Shown here piece by piece: positions 25,801 through 39,200 of a stretch of DNA of 64,000 nt. The position numbers and the translations under genes are program-made. Numbering within the stretch: position 1 is the first letter of the stretch; each line of letters begins with the position of its first letter. The notes under the pieces were generated by a model. That model ran no database searches. It had not been told where the DNA came from and saw nothing but the letters and a program-made list of their open reading frames with translations. The DNA is from Ranitomeya imitator. Taxonomy: Eukaryota. The stretch spans positions 68,262,001 to 68,326,000 of the forward strand of contig NC_091286.1 of assembly GCF_032444005.1 (NCBI RefSeq), in the 5' to 3' direction.

Positions 25801-26994
25801 TAAATGAACGCTAAAAAAAACACAAAAAAAAAAATAGTTGCCTTAAAAAGGAACCAGTCATGTTCTCCCAATATAAGAGTATGTCCGCCGCCTTTAAGGC
25901 TTCTTTTCGAGCAGTCTAGTAAGCAAGTCCCAAATCCATTAGCAAAGCAGAGAGAAATGCGCCTGCGCAAGAGCGCATGGGGGGGTGGGGGGTTGGGGGG
26001 GTCTGTGTGGATGGCATAGGATGCGTCAGCCACATGAATCTGGGCAGGACAGCGATTGAGACGCAAGAGGAGGCACTGGATGAAGACAGGCGACCCCCTT
26101 CGGGGGTATTTTTTGTGCTATGGAGAAGAAGTTGGGATGGGGGGGTCTAGCTCAGAAAGTATTAAAAGCTATAAAAAGAAAATGCCTTAAAAAAGGGTGG
26201 CTGTACTTTAAACGGAAGCTGACATCAAAGTTTTCCCAATATAAAAGTAAACCTTTCGGACAATTCAGGCTGCAAGAACAAGGCATGCAAAAATCAGAGA
26301 CAGGCTCCACATATGTATGCAGCATTCTGAAATGCTGCTGATTTTTTCAGAAAACACATTTCAAAACAGGAGCTTAATACATACTGATTAGGATTACTAC
26401 CCTGTTTCCCCAAAAAGACAACCTACCCAAGAAATGAGTCCCAGCATGATTTAATCAAAATTTTGAAAAAAAAATCCAGGCGGCTAACTGTATGCATGCA
26501 CAAAAATAAATCTAATACAGTTATACGGAGACCAAAAGACTCTTCATCCAGGACAGCCGACACCCCCAAAATAATCTCACACAAGAGACCCCAGAACAAC
26601 GCGTTAGCTAACACTGTGCTCTCAAACAGATTTGGTACTACCGCTGGCATCACTCCACTCCCGAGCGCTGTGGCAGCGGCTGTGTGACATTCATGACACA
26701 TGCATGGAGAGCCTGTTTGTTGTGCTCTCCATGCATGTGTGATGCCTGTCACACAGCCGTGACACATGCAGCTGCGGCGCCGAACAGCTGATCAGCCGGA
26801 GCGATCCAGGAAGCCGGGTTCCCTCTGCAGCTTAAGTGCTATAGCTTGCCGATTAAGCCCTAACCCGATCAAATGCGCTCATCTCTAATGACAACCCAAT
26901 GTCAATACATTATTAATTTATATCAGTTCTTGAAATTTATCACAATTTTATTTTTATTCATGACAGTGTTTTGTTTCTTTTGTTTGTTTTTCCA

Positions 26995-27273
26995 GGGCAG
27001 CACGGTGGCTCAGTGGTTAGCACTGCAGCCTTGCAGCGCTGGAGTCCTGGGTTCTAATCCCACCTTGGACAACATCTGCGAGGAGTTTGTATGTTCTCCC
27101 CGTATTTACGTGGGTTTACTCCGGGTTCTCCGGTTTCCTCCCACATTCCAAAGACATATTGATAGGGAATTTAGATTGTGAGCCCCATCGGGGACAGTGA
27201 TGATAATGTGTGCAAAAGCGTAAAGCGCTGCGGAATATGTTACCGCTATATAAAAATAAAGATTATTATTATT
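26995..27273 (+). mobile_element. Full-length tRNA-derived SINE (V-SINE/HE1-like)
   Basis: A box TGGCTCAGTGG (27006-27016), B box GGTTCTAATCC (27050-27060), core gagtttgtatgttctccccgt...ggtttcctcccaca, and (ATT)n tail. Confidence 0.85.
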
Positions 27274-27349
27274 TTTAAGGCAAAATTGTACGTGAGCCCA
27301 CTCTACGGAATTAAACAACCCCACACATGAATGATCTCAAGAGGTTTTA

Positions 27350-28951
27350 GGCCGGCGTCACACTAGCGAGTTTTACGGACGTATGAGCGCATAAAATACG
27401 TCCGTAAAACACGCCTAACAAACGTCCCAATTATTCTCTATGCCCCTGCTCCTATCTGCCGTATTTTACTGATCAGTATTATACGGCTTTCTACGGCCGT
27501 AGAAAATCGCAGCATGCTGCGTTTGTCACCGTATTGCGCAAAAAAAGCGCCAATGAAAGTCTATGGAAGCCAGAAAAATACGGATTACACACGGACCAGC
27601 AGTGTGACTTGCGAGAAATACGCAGCGGTGTTAGAGAGAAAAGCCGGCAATTCAGTGCGGTGTACAGTAAAATCACACTGACAGCTTACAGTAGAATAGG
27701 TAGAATAAGTAGAATAAATGTGTACACATAGAATAGGTTGTCCTCATATGAACTCGAGCCTGGGAGCTTTCTAGGAAAGTTCCCACGATCTAGGAACAAC
27801 CAGCAGAGGGCGCCTCACTGCAAATGAAGGTAAATATAGGTCATTGACCTACTTTACCTTCATTCCCCGGGGTTTTGCAGCCAGGAGCACCGCTGCATTA
27901 ACAGAGCTCCTGGCTGCAAAATATTTTAACCTCTTCAGATGGATTTACATCGTGGGACCTTACAGATCTTCGGAAGGTATGTATATTGTTGGTTTATTAT
28001 TTTTTCTTTGTTACAGAGCGAGGGTCTTCAGATGGATTGAGCGTAGAATAAATTACTACAACAACCTTTGTTTTTATTTCATTAAAATAATTTTTAATAA
28101 TGTGTTTGTGGTTTTTTTAACCCTTTACTACTATTGGATTAATAATGGATAGGTGTCATAATTGACGCCTCTCCATTATTAATTTGGCTTAATGTCACCT
28201 TACAATAGCAAGGTGGCATTAACCCTTCATTACCCCATATCCCACCGCTACACGGGAATGGGAAGAGAGTGGCCAAGTGCCAGAATAGGCGCATCTTCCA
28301 GATGTGCCTTTTCTGGGGTGGCTGGGGGCAGATGTTTTTAGCCAGGGGGGGGGGGCAATAACCGTGGACCCTCTCCAGGCTATTAATATCCGCCCTCAGT
28401 CACTGGCTTTACTACTCTGCAAAGAAAATTGCGCGGGAGCCCACGCCAATTTTTTCCGCCATTTAACCCTTTAATTTAATAGCTAGAACGGCCAAATTTT
28501 GCATATACACACTACTAACATTAGTAGTGTGGAATATGCAAAAAAATGGTGATATGAGATGGTTTACTGTATGTAATCATGTCTCATATCATGTCGGGTT
28601 TAGGAAGGAAATAGCAAAAGCCGGTAATTGAATTGCCGGCTTTAAAGCTATCTAGCGCTGTATGAAGTAATAATATATATACATATATGTGTCTATACAT
28701 AGTATATATGTTTGTTTGGTTTTTTTTTGACATATGGATTCCTTGTATAGCCGTATGTCGGTTTTGCAAGCCTGCGAGAAAAACACGCAGTACGGATGCC
28801 ATACGGATTACATACGGAGGATGTCATGCGCAAAATACGCTGATACATCCTGCCTACGGAGGAGCTACGGACCACTATTTGGGGGACTTTTCAGCGTATT
28901 ACGGCCGTAATATACGGACCGTATTGTCTTACGCTGAGTGTGACGCCGGCC
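27350..28951. mobile_element. Non-autonomous Harbinger derivative of the 35144-41955 family
   Basis: Perfect TIRs GGCCGGCGTCACACT / AGTGTGACGCCGGCC with an identical TTA TSD on both sides. The two subterminal regions (about 270 and 150 bp) match the two ends of the full-length element in opposite orientation. Confidence 0.9.
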
Positions 28952-28977
28952 TTACTGTTAGCAAGTCACAGGACTTA

Positions 28978-30581
28978 CAGTGGGGCAAAAAAGTATTTAG
29001 TCAGTCAGCAATAGTGCAAGTTCCACCACTTAAAAAGATGAGAGGCGTCTGTAATTTACATCATAGGTAGACCTCAACTATGGGAGACAAACTGAGAAAA
29101 AAAAATCCAGAAAATCACATTGTCTGTTTTTTGAACATTTTATTTGCATATTATGGTGGAAAATAAGTATTTGGTCAGAAACAAAATTTCATCTCAATAC
29201 TTTGTAATATATCCTTTGTTGGCAATGACAGAGGTCAAACGTTTTCTGTAAGTCTTCACAAGTTTGCCATACACTGTTGTTGGTATGTTGGCCCATTCCT
29301 CCATGCAGATCTCCTCTAGAGCAGTGATGTTTTTGGCTTTTCGCTTGGCAACACGGACTTTCAACTCCCTCCAAAGGTTTTCTATAGGGTTGAGATCTGG
29401 AGACTGGCTAGGCCACTCCAGGACCTTGAAATGCTTCTTACGAAGCCACTCCTTCGTTGCCCTGGCGGTGTGCTTTGGATCATTGTCATGTTGAAAGACC
29501 CAGCCACGTTTCATCTTCAATGCCCTTGCTGATGGAAGGAGGTTTGCACTCAAAATCTCACGATACATGGCCTCATTCATTCTTTCATGTACCCGGATCA
29601 GTCGTCCTGGCCTCTTTGCAGAGAAAGAGCCCCAAAGCATGATGTTTCCACCACCATGCTTTTTAGTAGGTATGGTGTTTGATGGATGCAACTCAGTATT
29701 CTTTTTCCTCCAAACACGACAAGTTGTGTTTCTACCAAACAGTTCCAGTTTGGTTTCATCAGACCATAGGACACTCTCCCAAAACTCCTCTGGATCATCC
29801 AAATGCTCTCTAGCAAACTTCAGACGGGCCCGGACATGTACTGGCTTAAGCAGTGGGACACGTCTGGCACTGCAGGATCTGAGTCCATGGTGGCGTAGTG
29901 TGTTATGGTTGGCCTTGTTACATTGGTCCCAGCTCTCTGCAGTTCATTCACTAGGTCCCCCTGCGTGGTTCTGGGATTTTTGCTCACCGCTCTTGTGATC
30001 ATTCTGACCCCATGGGGTGGGATTTTGCGTGGAGCCCCAGATCGAGGGAGATTATCAGTGGTCTTGTATGTCTTCCATTTTCTAATTATTGCTCCCACTG
30101 TTGATTTCTTCACTCCAAGCTGGTTGGCTATTGCAGATTCAGTCTTCCCAGCCTGGTGCAGGGCTACAATTTTGTTTCTGGTGTCCTTTGACAGCTCTTT
30201 GGTCGTCACCATAGTGGAGTTTGGAGTCAGACTGTTTGAGGGTGTGCACAGGTGTCTTTTTATACTGATAACAAGTTTAAACAGGTGCCATTACTACAGG
30301 TAATGAGTGGAGGAAAGAGGAGACTCTTAAAGAAGAAGTTACAGGTCTGTGATAGCCAGAAATCTTGATTGTTTGTTTCTGACCAAATACTTATTTTCCA
30401 CCATAATATGCAAATAAAAATGTTAAAAAAACAGACAATGTGATTTTCTGGATTTTTTTTTTCTCAGTTTGTCTCCCATAGTTGAGGTCTACCTATAATG
30501 TAAATTACAGACGCCTCTCATCTTTTTAAGTGGTGGAACTTGCACTATTGCTGACTGACTAAATACTTTTTTGCCCCACTG
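28978..30581 (-). mobile_element. Tc1 element (DD34E), near-intact, frameshifted
   Basis: TIRs cagtggggcaaaaaagtatttagtcagtc... with TA TSD. ORFs 30212-29820 (MVTTKELSKDTRNKIV) and 29802-29194 ([17 protein letters not shown]); 34 residues counted between the second D and E. Confidence 0.95.
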
Positions 30582-30582
30582 T

Positions 30583-31030
30583 ATGGTAGTTCTCACATTT
30601 TCTTATCCAGACAATCATTCTTCCAGATTTCCCAAACAGTCTGAAGTGGGATTCATTAGAGAAAATAACTTGACAGGAAGTTCAGGGATTGGACTGCAAA
30701 TGACTGGGATAATGTTATTTCTTCTGATGAAGCACCCTTCAGACGGCAGGGCACATCTGGAAGCACGATTGTCTGAAGAAGATAGGTGAGCGCTACCATG
30801 AGACCTGTGTGTACCAACTGTAAAGCATCCTGACACCATCCATGTGTGGGATTACTTAAAGTGACAGGGCTCACTTATAATTTTACCTAAAAAACATTAC
30901 CCAGAATAAAGAACTAACAAAAGAAATTCTCCCAAAGCAACTTCTCCAGCAGCCATTTGGTGATGAACAATGAAATTACAGAATGAGAGACCATGACACA
31001 AGGCAAAACTGATGATCAAAAGGCTTCTTG
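30583..31030 (-). mobile_element. Old Tc1 transposase fragment
   Basis: Minus-strand translation VIFSNESHFRLFGKSG resembles the Tc1 first catalytic motif (VIFSDES). No TIRs seen. Confidence 0.5.
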
Positions 31031-31039
31031 AATAAAATA

Positions 31040-31749
31040 CTGTATATACTCATGTATAAGCCAAGTTTTTCAGCACATTTTTATTATGCTGAAAAAGCCC
31101 CCCCCCCCTCCGGCTTATACTTGAGTGAAGGTCCCAATTACAGTATTTTTCAGACTGTAAGACTGAGGTGTTGAGGCAGTGGGTCACAGCAGGCAGGAGC
31201 CGGCTGCTGCGGCTAACACCTGTGCCCGCTGCTAAAGAGACATGAAAAAGCATGAAGAGCAGTGAATATTCATGTCTCTTTAGCAGCGGGCACAGTTGTC
31301 ACAGCCACCAGCAATCATGTGTCCCCACTACTTAAGGGAATTCATTTTAATTGCTCTCCAATCCCATGGGCGTGTACATCAGTGAATATTCATTGCCTTT
31401 TGTAGCAGGCACACGTGATCGCCAGGCCGCTGCAGCAAGCCAGCGGCTAAGTTTACAGTGCCCGCTATTAAAGATTAATGAATATTCACTGCTCCACACA
31501 CCCATAGCCCCGGCGTGGAAAGCAGCGAGTATTCCAGCAGTTGTCCTCTACTTGCAAAGCTACTGGCATCAGAGCAAGGATGATGCAAGGGAGCACAGGG
31601 AAGACAAGTAGAATAGTTTATGTTTTTCTGCTGGGGGGGGCTGTGCCTACCAGGCGTATACTCAAGTCAATAAGTTTTCCCAGTGTTTTTGTAGTAAAAT
31701 TAGGTGCCTCTGCTTATATTTGGGTTGGCTAGTACTCGAGTATATACGG
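31040..31749. mobile_element. Tc2/pogo-like MITE
   Basis: TIRs c(t/c)gtatatactc.. / ..gagtatatacgg with TA on both flanks. Confidence 0.7.
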
Positions 31750-31754
31750 TATTT

Positions 31755-31960
31755 AAAATTTTAGTTCCATGGCCAGGGAACTCCCCAGATCTCACTCCAT
31801 TTGAGAATCTGTGTTCAATCCCAAAAAGCAGGTGGACAGAACATAAATTGTGGAACTCCAAGCACCAATTAGATTACGGGCTGTCAGTCACGATTTGGCC
31901 CAGGAGCCGATATCCAACTGCCAGGGCGAATTGCAGAGGTCTTGAAATATTGTAGCCAAG
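31755..31960 (+). mobile_element. Tc1 transposase C-terminal fragment
   Basis: Translation VPWPGNSPDLTPFENL corresponds to the [14 protein letters not shown] motif. Confidence 0.6.
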
Positions 31961-32192
31961 ACTGTAAATATTGAGTCTTTACATAAATTTGACGTATTTG
32001 TCAATACATGTTTAAAACTTTAAGAATTAGTTATAATTGCACTTCACTAAACATAGAAACAGCCGACGAACCGACCTAAAGACACTGAAGCAGCAGAAAA
32101 ATTTGCGAAAACCAAAGTTTGAGTAAGTCTCAAAACATTTGGTCACTTAATGTTGTGTGAACGTACACTAAACTTTCTGACTGTACATGGAG

Positions 32193-32223
<31 letters not shown>

Positions 32224-33269
32224 TCAGTGAATCTGTAGTGCCAGTCAATTTAAGCTGCAGATTTAATTATTAAATCTAAAGCATATTGCTAGTATTTTAG
32301 TATACAACAGATTTTCCACCTAGAACATCTGTTCTAATATTCTGTTTGTGCACTTCCTTTGCTATTCTTATGTCCCCAAACATGGGCAACACTTTTTTTT
32401 CCCATAAACATACTATAGACCATAAAAATAATTTTTGCAATTGGTTTTCATTACAAAGTTTGTACAGTTTGGCCTTTACAGGCTCCTTATTTCTCTATAC
32501 ATTCAGCTCTCAGGAATGTGAACACAATATTTTTTTGTTTGTATTTTTGTAGAGTCCAATTGAAAAAGCCCAGCAAAAAATGAACAACACGCACAGCAAT
32601 GTAAAAATGACATTGCTGCACACATGTTTAGTTATTTCTTTCACTGCTTCAAAATTAGAAAAAAAAAAACGGGAAGCGGTTAACAAAAGGAGCATGTTAT
32701 TCTTCAGGCATATTCTGATAGGTATAATTGCTGATGGACTGGTTTAGTGACATGCTCCCCCACCAGCCATTGTAAGGACAGGAGTACTGGTCAGTGAGCC
32801 AGGAAAGCGCACTTAGGTTGTGTGCCCACGATAAGTTTATGACGTGGTGTATTTTTGCTGCTTGAAAAACGCTGCGTTTTATAGTTCCAGGAAAGTGGAT
32901 GGGATTTACAGAAATGTCATGCCCACTGTGCTTTTATTTACTCAGCATAAACCGACCTGCATTGCGTGTTTCAAACCACAACATGTCAATTTCTCATCCT
33001 GGACACAAGAGCTTTATATGCGGATTTTTCCAATAAACTTGAATTGCATGTGGAAAATACCCAAGTAAAAATAAAAGCATATGCGTTTTTTAGTGTTTCA
33101 ACTGCAGAAAATGCGCATTTAATTTGTACATACGCACATGACTGTCAGTTTTGTCAAAGCGAAATACCATGAAGTATCAAAATCATCGCAGCTTGGTTTA
33201 AAACATGACACACGGAAAAAATAAAGTACTCAAATACATAATGGGAAAAAAAGTAACCAAGATCACTTA

Positions 33270-33999
33270 GGCTATGTGCCCACGACCAGAAATAGTTGCG
33301 TTATGGATGCAGCATATTTTCGCTGAGTTCTAATTGCTGCGCTTGTTTGTTAATACATGCAGATTTACTACATGTAATGACATTCTATTGGCCAAAATCC
33401 AGTGGAGGCTAGCGTCTCTGCTACAGAAATTAACATCATGCTGCGGCTCGTAAACCAGCACGGGGTGAGGGGGGGGGCAGCTTGTGCAGCATTAAAGGGA
33501 ATCTGTCACCCCAAAATTCACCTATAAGCTGCGGCCACCGACATTAGGGGTTATCTACAGCATTCTGTAATGCTGTAGATAAGCCCCCGATGTAACCTGA
33601 AAGAGAAGAGAAACAAGTTAAAGTACTTGCAGTGTGCAGGCGCTGGGACTCTCTGACCTTTCCCGACACCTGCGCACTTTGCTCTGCCCTCAACAAGGCA
33701 AATCAATACGCCTGCGCAGGAGCCGCGGCAGGAAGCAAAGAAGAGAACGTCATCGTATGAAGATGGGAGGCGCATTACAGAATACTGTAGATAACCCCTG
33801 ATGTCGGTGGCCGCAGCTTATAGGCGAATTTTGGGGTGACAGATTCCCTTTAAATAGAAGCACAGTGGGCATGAGATTTCTGTAAATCCCATCCACTGTG
33901 CTTGTAATGTAGAATGTTGGTATTCCTGATCATGGGCATGCAGCCTATAGACATCTGCATCATCAAAACTGACCAAAAGGTCATTGTGGGCACGTAGCC
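33270..33999. mobile_element. Harbinger-type MITE carrying the nested T2 MITE
   Basis: GGCTATGTGCCCAC ... GTGGGCACGTAGCC; flanks TTA/TAA. Confidence 0.55.
33496..33849. mobile_element. T2/Kolobok-type MITE
   Basis: TTAA|AGGGAATCTGTCACCCCAAAATT ... AATTTTGGGGTGACAGATTCCCT|TTAA. Confidence 0.85.
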
Positions 34000-34694
34000 T
34001 AAGGAGTAAAAGTGGCCAAACTCTGTACCCAAGAATCTGAAGAATCTGTCAATTAGTTTGTTCAGACAGTCTTATTTGGACATCCGTATTGTATGTACAT
34101 GTTCTGTGTTTTCATGGACACAACACGTAACCATTATAAATAATCTATGGGGCTGTTCACATTTCTGTTTTAAAATGACAAGTAACTTATCAGTCTTAGG
34201 CCACGTGCACACATTCGGTAATTGGTCAGTATTTTACATCAGTATTTGTTATCCAAAACCAGGAGAGGAACAATCAGAGGAAAAGTATAATATAAACACG
34301 TTACCACTTCTGTATTTATCACCCACTCCTGGTTTTGGCTTACAATTACTAAGGTAAAATACTGAATGTGTAAACGTGGCCCAAGTCTGACCTCCTCTCA
34401 GTTGATTTATACACCCAAAAAGTATAATGCGCAGGGAAACAGCCTGTAAAAATAAAACTGCAAGATGTATAATTAAACCCAATTGCAAGAATTTTTCTCT
34501 ACCCCCCCAAAATATATATTTTTTTTATTAAAAAAAAAAAAAAAAAAGCCACACGATTGTCTTAAGAGGAGAATATATTTATCTCCTCACAAGACAACCC
34601 TTTTCTATGCACACGCACCATAATTTTAATTTAGATTTTTAACAAAATATCTACAAAATCAAATGTTTCTGGAGTGGCGGGAAACCCACTTCAA

Positions 34695-35095
34695 GGGTAT
34701 GTGCACACGTTGCGGATTCTCTGCGGATCCGCAGCGTTTTTTGCAGTGCAGAAACGCTGCAGATCCGCAATTGATTTACAGTACAATGTAAATCAATGAG
34801 AAAAAAAAATGCTGCGCACACTTTGCGGAAAATCCGCTGCGGAAACGCTGCGGTTTAAAAGAAGTAGCATGTCACTTTTTTGTGAATCTGCAGCGTTTTT
34901 GTACCCATTCCTTTATAGAAAACCACAGGGGTAAAAAACGCAGCAAATCCGCAAGAAAACCGCAGCAAAAAACCAAAAAACATGCTGCGGAACCGCACAA
35001 AAAATGAGACAAATCCGCAGGTGCGTTTTCTGCCAGGAGAGGCAGAATCTGCACCAGAAATTCCTAAGCCTAATCTGCAACGTGTGCACATAGCC
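34695..35095. mobile_element. Harbinger-type MITE
   Basis: GGGTATGTGCACAC ... GTGTGCACATAGCC|TAA; reverse complement of the 55026-55429 copy. Confidence 0.8.
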
Positions 35096-35471
35096 TAACT
35101 TTTGGGCCTGATCAATTAAATCCATTCATTCACTCCAGTCTAAGGCCGGCGTCACACTCAATAATAAGGTCCGTTTTTTACGGCCGTAATACGCCACAAA
35201 ATTCCAAAAATGGTGATCCGTATGTAATCCGTAGGTAAGGTGTGGTTGCGTATTTTGCGCATGTAATGTTGCGTATGTAATCCGTATACCAACCATAATG
35301 CGTTTTTTTCACGCAACCTGACAAAATGGACATTTAACGGTTTTTGAGGCTGCAATTGCTTTAAATCACCATCAGCAACCCTATTTAAGGCCTCTACAAC
35401 AGGTGGCACCCTCCCATATGGCCATTTTGTGGTTGTTGCATCTGTTGGTGTGTTGTGTTAATGTTTGCACC

Positions 35472-36977
35472 ATGTCTGACCTCCAGCACTTAACCCCAAC
35501 GCAGCGGGTTTTGTTTTACTGGGTCTTGTCGCGTCGGTTTGGCCAGCCATATCCTGTGATTGTAGATCCGCAAAGGAGAAGAATGTAGGTACATCCTCTT
35601 CTGACTAAACGCCTCACTAAAGGCCATTTTCAGAGGCTCTATACAACTCTGCGGGCACATCCTGACAAATTCTATGTGTACTGTCGCATGACCATCACAA
35701 CATTTGATAGATTGTTGGAGATGTTATGTCCAGGTATCACATATCAGGATACCAGGATGCGCAAAGCCATATCCGCAGAGGAGCGGCTTCTCCTTACCTT
35801 ACGGTATGTATTCAACATCCTCCCATACTGCATGTTGATGATCTTTTGTTGTTATGTGTTTGGTTCTAGCATGTATTTTCATGTATATGTGTACATTAGG
35901 GCACAAGCAGATATAAAAAAAGTGTTGGAAATGTTCTAGTGAAGTACCCCAAGTACATTTTTAGTTTTACAGCGTAAATCATATTTTAGACGAAACAAAC
36001 AAAATTTGAGCTTATTCCTGTTTTTTTTTTTTTAGGAACTGTTTTAACCTAGCTAATTTATTTTTTTTGTCACTTTCAGCATCCTGACAACTGGATTGTC
36101 GTATGCGGGACTTCACCTGGAGTTTTTGATAGGCCGCTCCACAATTTCAGGCATTGCGCGGTCAACCTGTAGGCAAATAAGGGACAAACTGAAGGACCTT
36201 GTGATGCCTGAGCCAAAGCAGGCTGATTGGCTCAAAATATCCCATGGTTACAAGGAAAATTGTGACTTCACTAACTGCATTAGAGCCGTGGATGGGAAAC
36301 ATATCAGGGTACGTAAGCCGCCGAACTCTGGCTCCCAATTCTACAACTATAAGCAGTTTTTCTCTGTAGTTCTGTTAGCTGTAGTTGACAGTAACTACAG
36401 GTTTATAATTGTAGACATTGGGGCCTATGGCCGAACTGGAGACTCTAGGGTCTTCAATTCGTCCATTATGGGTCGGCGGCTATGTGACAACCAGTTAGAT
36501 CTCCCACCACCACAACTCCTCCCAGGCTCCACTGCGGAAGCAGTGCCTTTTGTTTTTGTTGGAGATGAGGCCTTCCAACTGACCAGACAAGTCATGAGGC
36601 CTTATCCCCGCCGCAACCTCGACCACTGGCGGAGGATATTTAATTTGCGGCTTTCTAGGGCACGGAGACTTGTGGAGTGCGCCTTTGGTATTCTGGTGGC
36701 CAAATGGCGTGTTCTCCAGTCTGCCATTCAGCTCAGTGAAACTTCTGTGAATGAAGTAATCAAAGCCTCTGTAATTTTGCACAATTACACCCACATACAT
36801 GATTGCTCCTCAGATGATATTGGTGAAGACATGTTGAGCAATGTGATTAGGCCTACACCACATGGCCCTCCTCCGCACCATCCCCTTTCTGGAATAAAAG
36901 TTAGGGATGTTTTTACAAATTATTTTGTATCTCCTCAGGGTGCTAATCCCTGGCAAGATTATGCTGTGTCTCAGTAG
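35472..36977 (+). pseudogene. Harbinger (HARBI1/DDE_Tnp_4-like) transposase, 2 exons (35472-35803, 36080-36977), premature stop
   Basis: Exon 1: MSDLQH...RRRM*VHPLL...FYVYCRMTITTFDRLL...ISAEERLLLTLR, phase-2 gtatgt donor. Acceptor ttttcag|C ATC CTG ACA ACT GGA gives R-ILTTGLSY. Catalytic-region motifs AVDGKHIRV, FVFVGDEAF, RRLVECAFGILVAKWR. In-frame TAG at 35586-35588 where Trp is expected. Confidence 0.9.
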
Positions 36978-38714
36978 TGATGTTCTTTTTTACTTAATAT
37001 ATTATCAAAATATAATTTTTTCTGCCATTGAAACAGTACTGTGTGTGTTGTATTTCATTAACAGATGATTATGAACAGACCATATGTGTGTGATGTTAAA
37101 ATGATTAGTCCACAAACATCAATTGGGTATTTGAAATTATTTTTAGTAAATGCAAAATCCTTTTTTGCAAAATTGCCACCATATTGGTTTTCTTTTTGGA
37201 TTTTTGTTAAAAACAAAAAAACAAAAACAAAGTGTACATACACTACAATCTACCCAAATACATGGTATTGCGGAACATATAGTCACAATAAAAAAAAAAA
37301 CATTACAGATCCCTGTAAGTTGGCGGGGGAGATGGCGGCAGCTCAGGGTCCTTTTCAGGGGGCCTTTGTTGGGCCAAATGGCCTCCACCCTGTGAGGATG
37401 ATGTGGCTTGCAGAGCCGAATACAGGCCTTGGCCATATTGGTCAGTTGGTTGTTGTCCAGAATGTAATTGTCTCTGCCCATCCTGCTGACGGAGATATTG
37501 GTTGTAGTCATACCCAACCCCAAAAAGGCTATGTTGTCCAAACCCAGGTTGGGACCAGCCTACATTACTGGGTCTGGAAAAGTGGCCATATTGGGAATGG
37601 GGGTTGTAGGCTGCCATTTGGTGCAGTCCTGGCCTTTGCAGATTTTGGGGTGGGAGGGGTTGAGGTGTAGGCATACGTGGAGTAGGTGCTCCAAATCCTG
37701 ATTGATCCTGCACCTTTTGAGGAAATTGAAGGCGCAAGAGGTTATTTTGTGAAAGCTGCCTTCTCTCCAGAAATGCAAAAACCTCATAGGGGTTAATTGG
37801 AGGGGTGCCAAGATCAATCAGGATTTGAATGCACCCTCTCACACGTAGCCTCACCTCACGCTGAAGGGGACGAAGATAACGGGCAAGGCTGCACGCAAAT
37901 GCCTCCTCTCCATAGTTCGTGGCTGCCCTTGCCAAATAATTGAGGACGCCAGCGTCCACATCCCTCCTTGTAGCTTGCACCTCTCTCCTTCGGCGCCATC
38001 TCTGTAATAAAGGCCCAAGTGGCTGTGGGGAGGACACCTGTGGGCCAGTAGGACTGCTGCTCTGTGCTTGCTCCTCCTGGATTCCAGGATCATGTGGTGC
38101 TGATGATGGTGGTGGTGCAGCATCTTCAACACTGGCTGCTCTGCCTTGTGATGCCAAAGCTGATGTTCCCAGAATGATGGAGGTAGAAGATTACAAAGAT
38201 GGGCCTGCCACATCTTCTTCCAGACCCACAGGAACTATAACAGGTTCGGATTCAGACCCGGTCTCCCTCTCTGTGAGGTTGGACTGTGTTCTGTTAGTAA
38301 ACAATCAAGAATTTAAAAAAACATTAATATAAATTGACTAATTTCATAGCATTATTTAAGGACACATCTGTGACCTCATCTAAAGAAAAATATCTACACA
38401 CAACCTCCGATACTCACAAGATCTCATTCTCTACTCCCCTGAAATCTCCTCTTCCCACAATGGGATACAAGATTTATCTAGTGTATCACCCCTACTGTGT
38501 AAACCAGTACCACAACACATCATACTGTCACCTACCATTGAAAGCTACACAAAGAGGCGGCAGACCCACCTCTTACAACAATCAGATAACCTGCATTAAC
38601 CACAGATCAACAAAACCACTGCATGAACAGCTCTACCCTCGCCTAATGTATGATAACCCATCCCTTGTTGGAGCTTGTGAGGCTTTGCGGGCAGGGTCCT
38701 CTCTCTTCCAGGAC

Positions 38715-38745
<31 letters not shown>

Positions 38746-39096
38746 CAAACATTTGTTTGGGAATAGGTTGACCCCTACTTACATCTAAAGTGCCATTGAA
38801 TAACTTGAAAAACTGATATTAATAAGACTAATTATAAAACTAAATGTGTAGTGTCGTTCTGACTTACTACCTTAGTTGCATCCAAAAAGGAAAGCTGGTC
38901 ATAATAAATATATTTCTTTTTCTTTGGTGGTGCTGCTGAGCCACTTCTTGCACGCATCCGACGTTCCCGCCGGTACTGGTCCCTTATGCTGCGCCATCTT
39001 GTCATAACATCATCCACTGCAATGACATAGGAAAAAATATTGTTTACACTCATTATGCACATTGCTTAATACAGTTGGCATTGATATATCATCATT

Positions 39097-39127
<31 letters not shown>

Positions 39128-39200
39128 GTTAGTTATATAGCACCATTAATTCCATGGTGCTGTACATGATAAAGGGTTTACATACAGGGTTATATATATA

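Noticed and set aside
26995-27070. tRNA gene
   Set aside because: The A and B boxes continue into a SINE core and (ATT)n tail, and I could not fold a complete cloverleaf.
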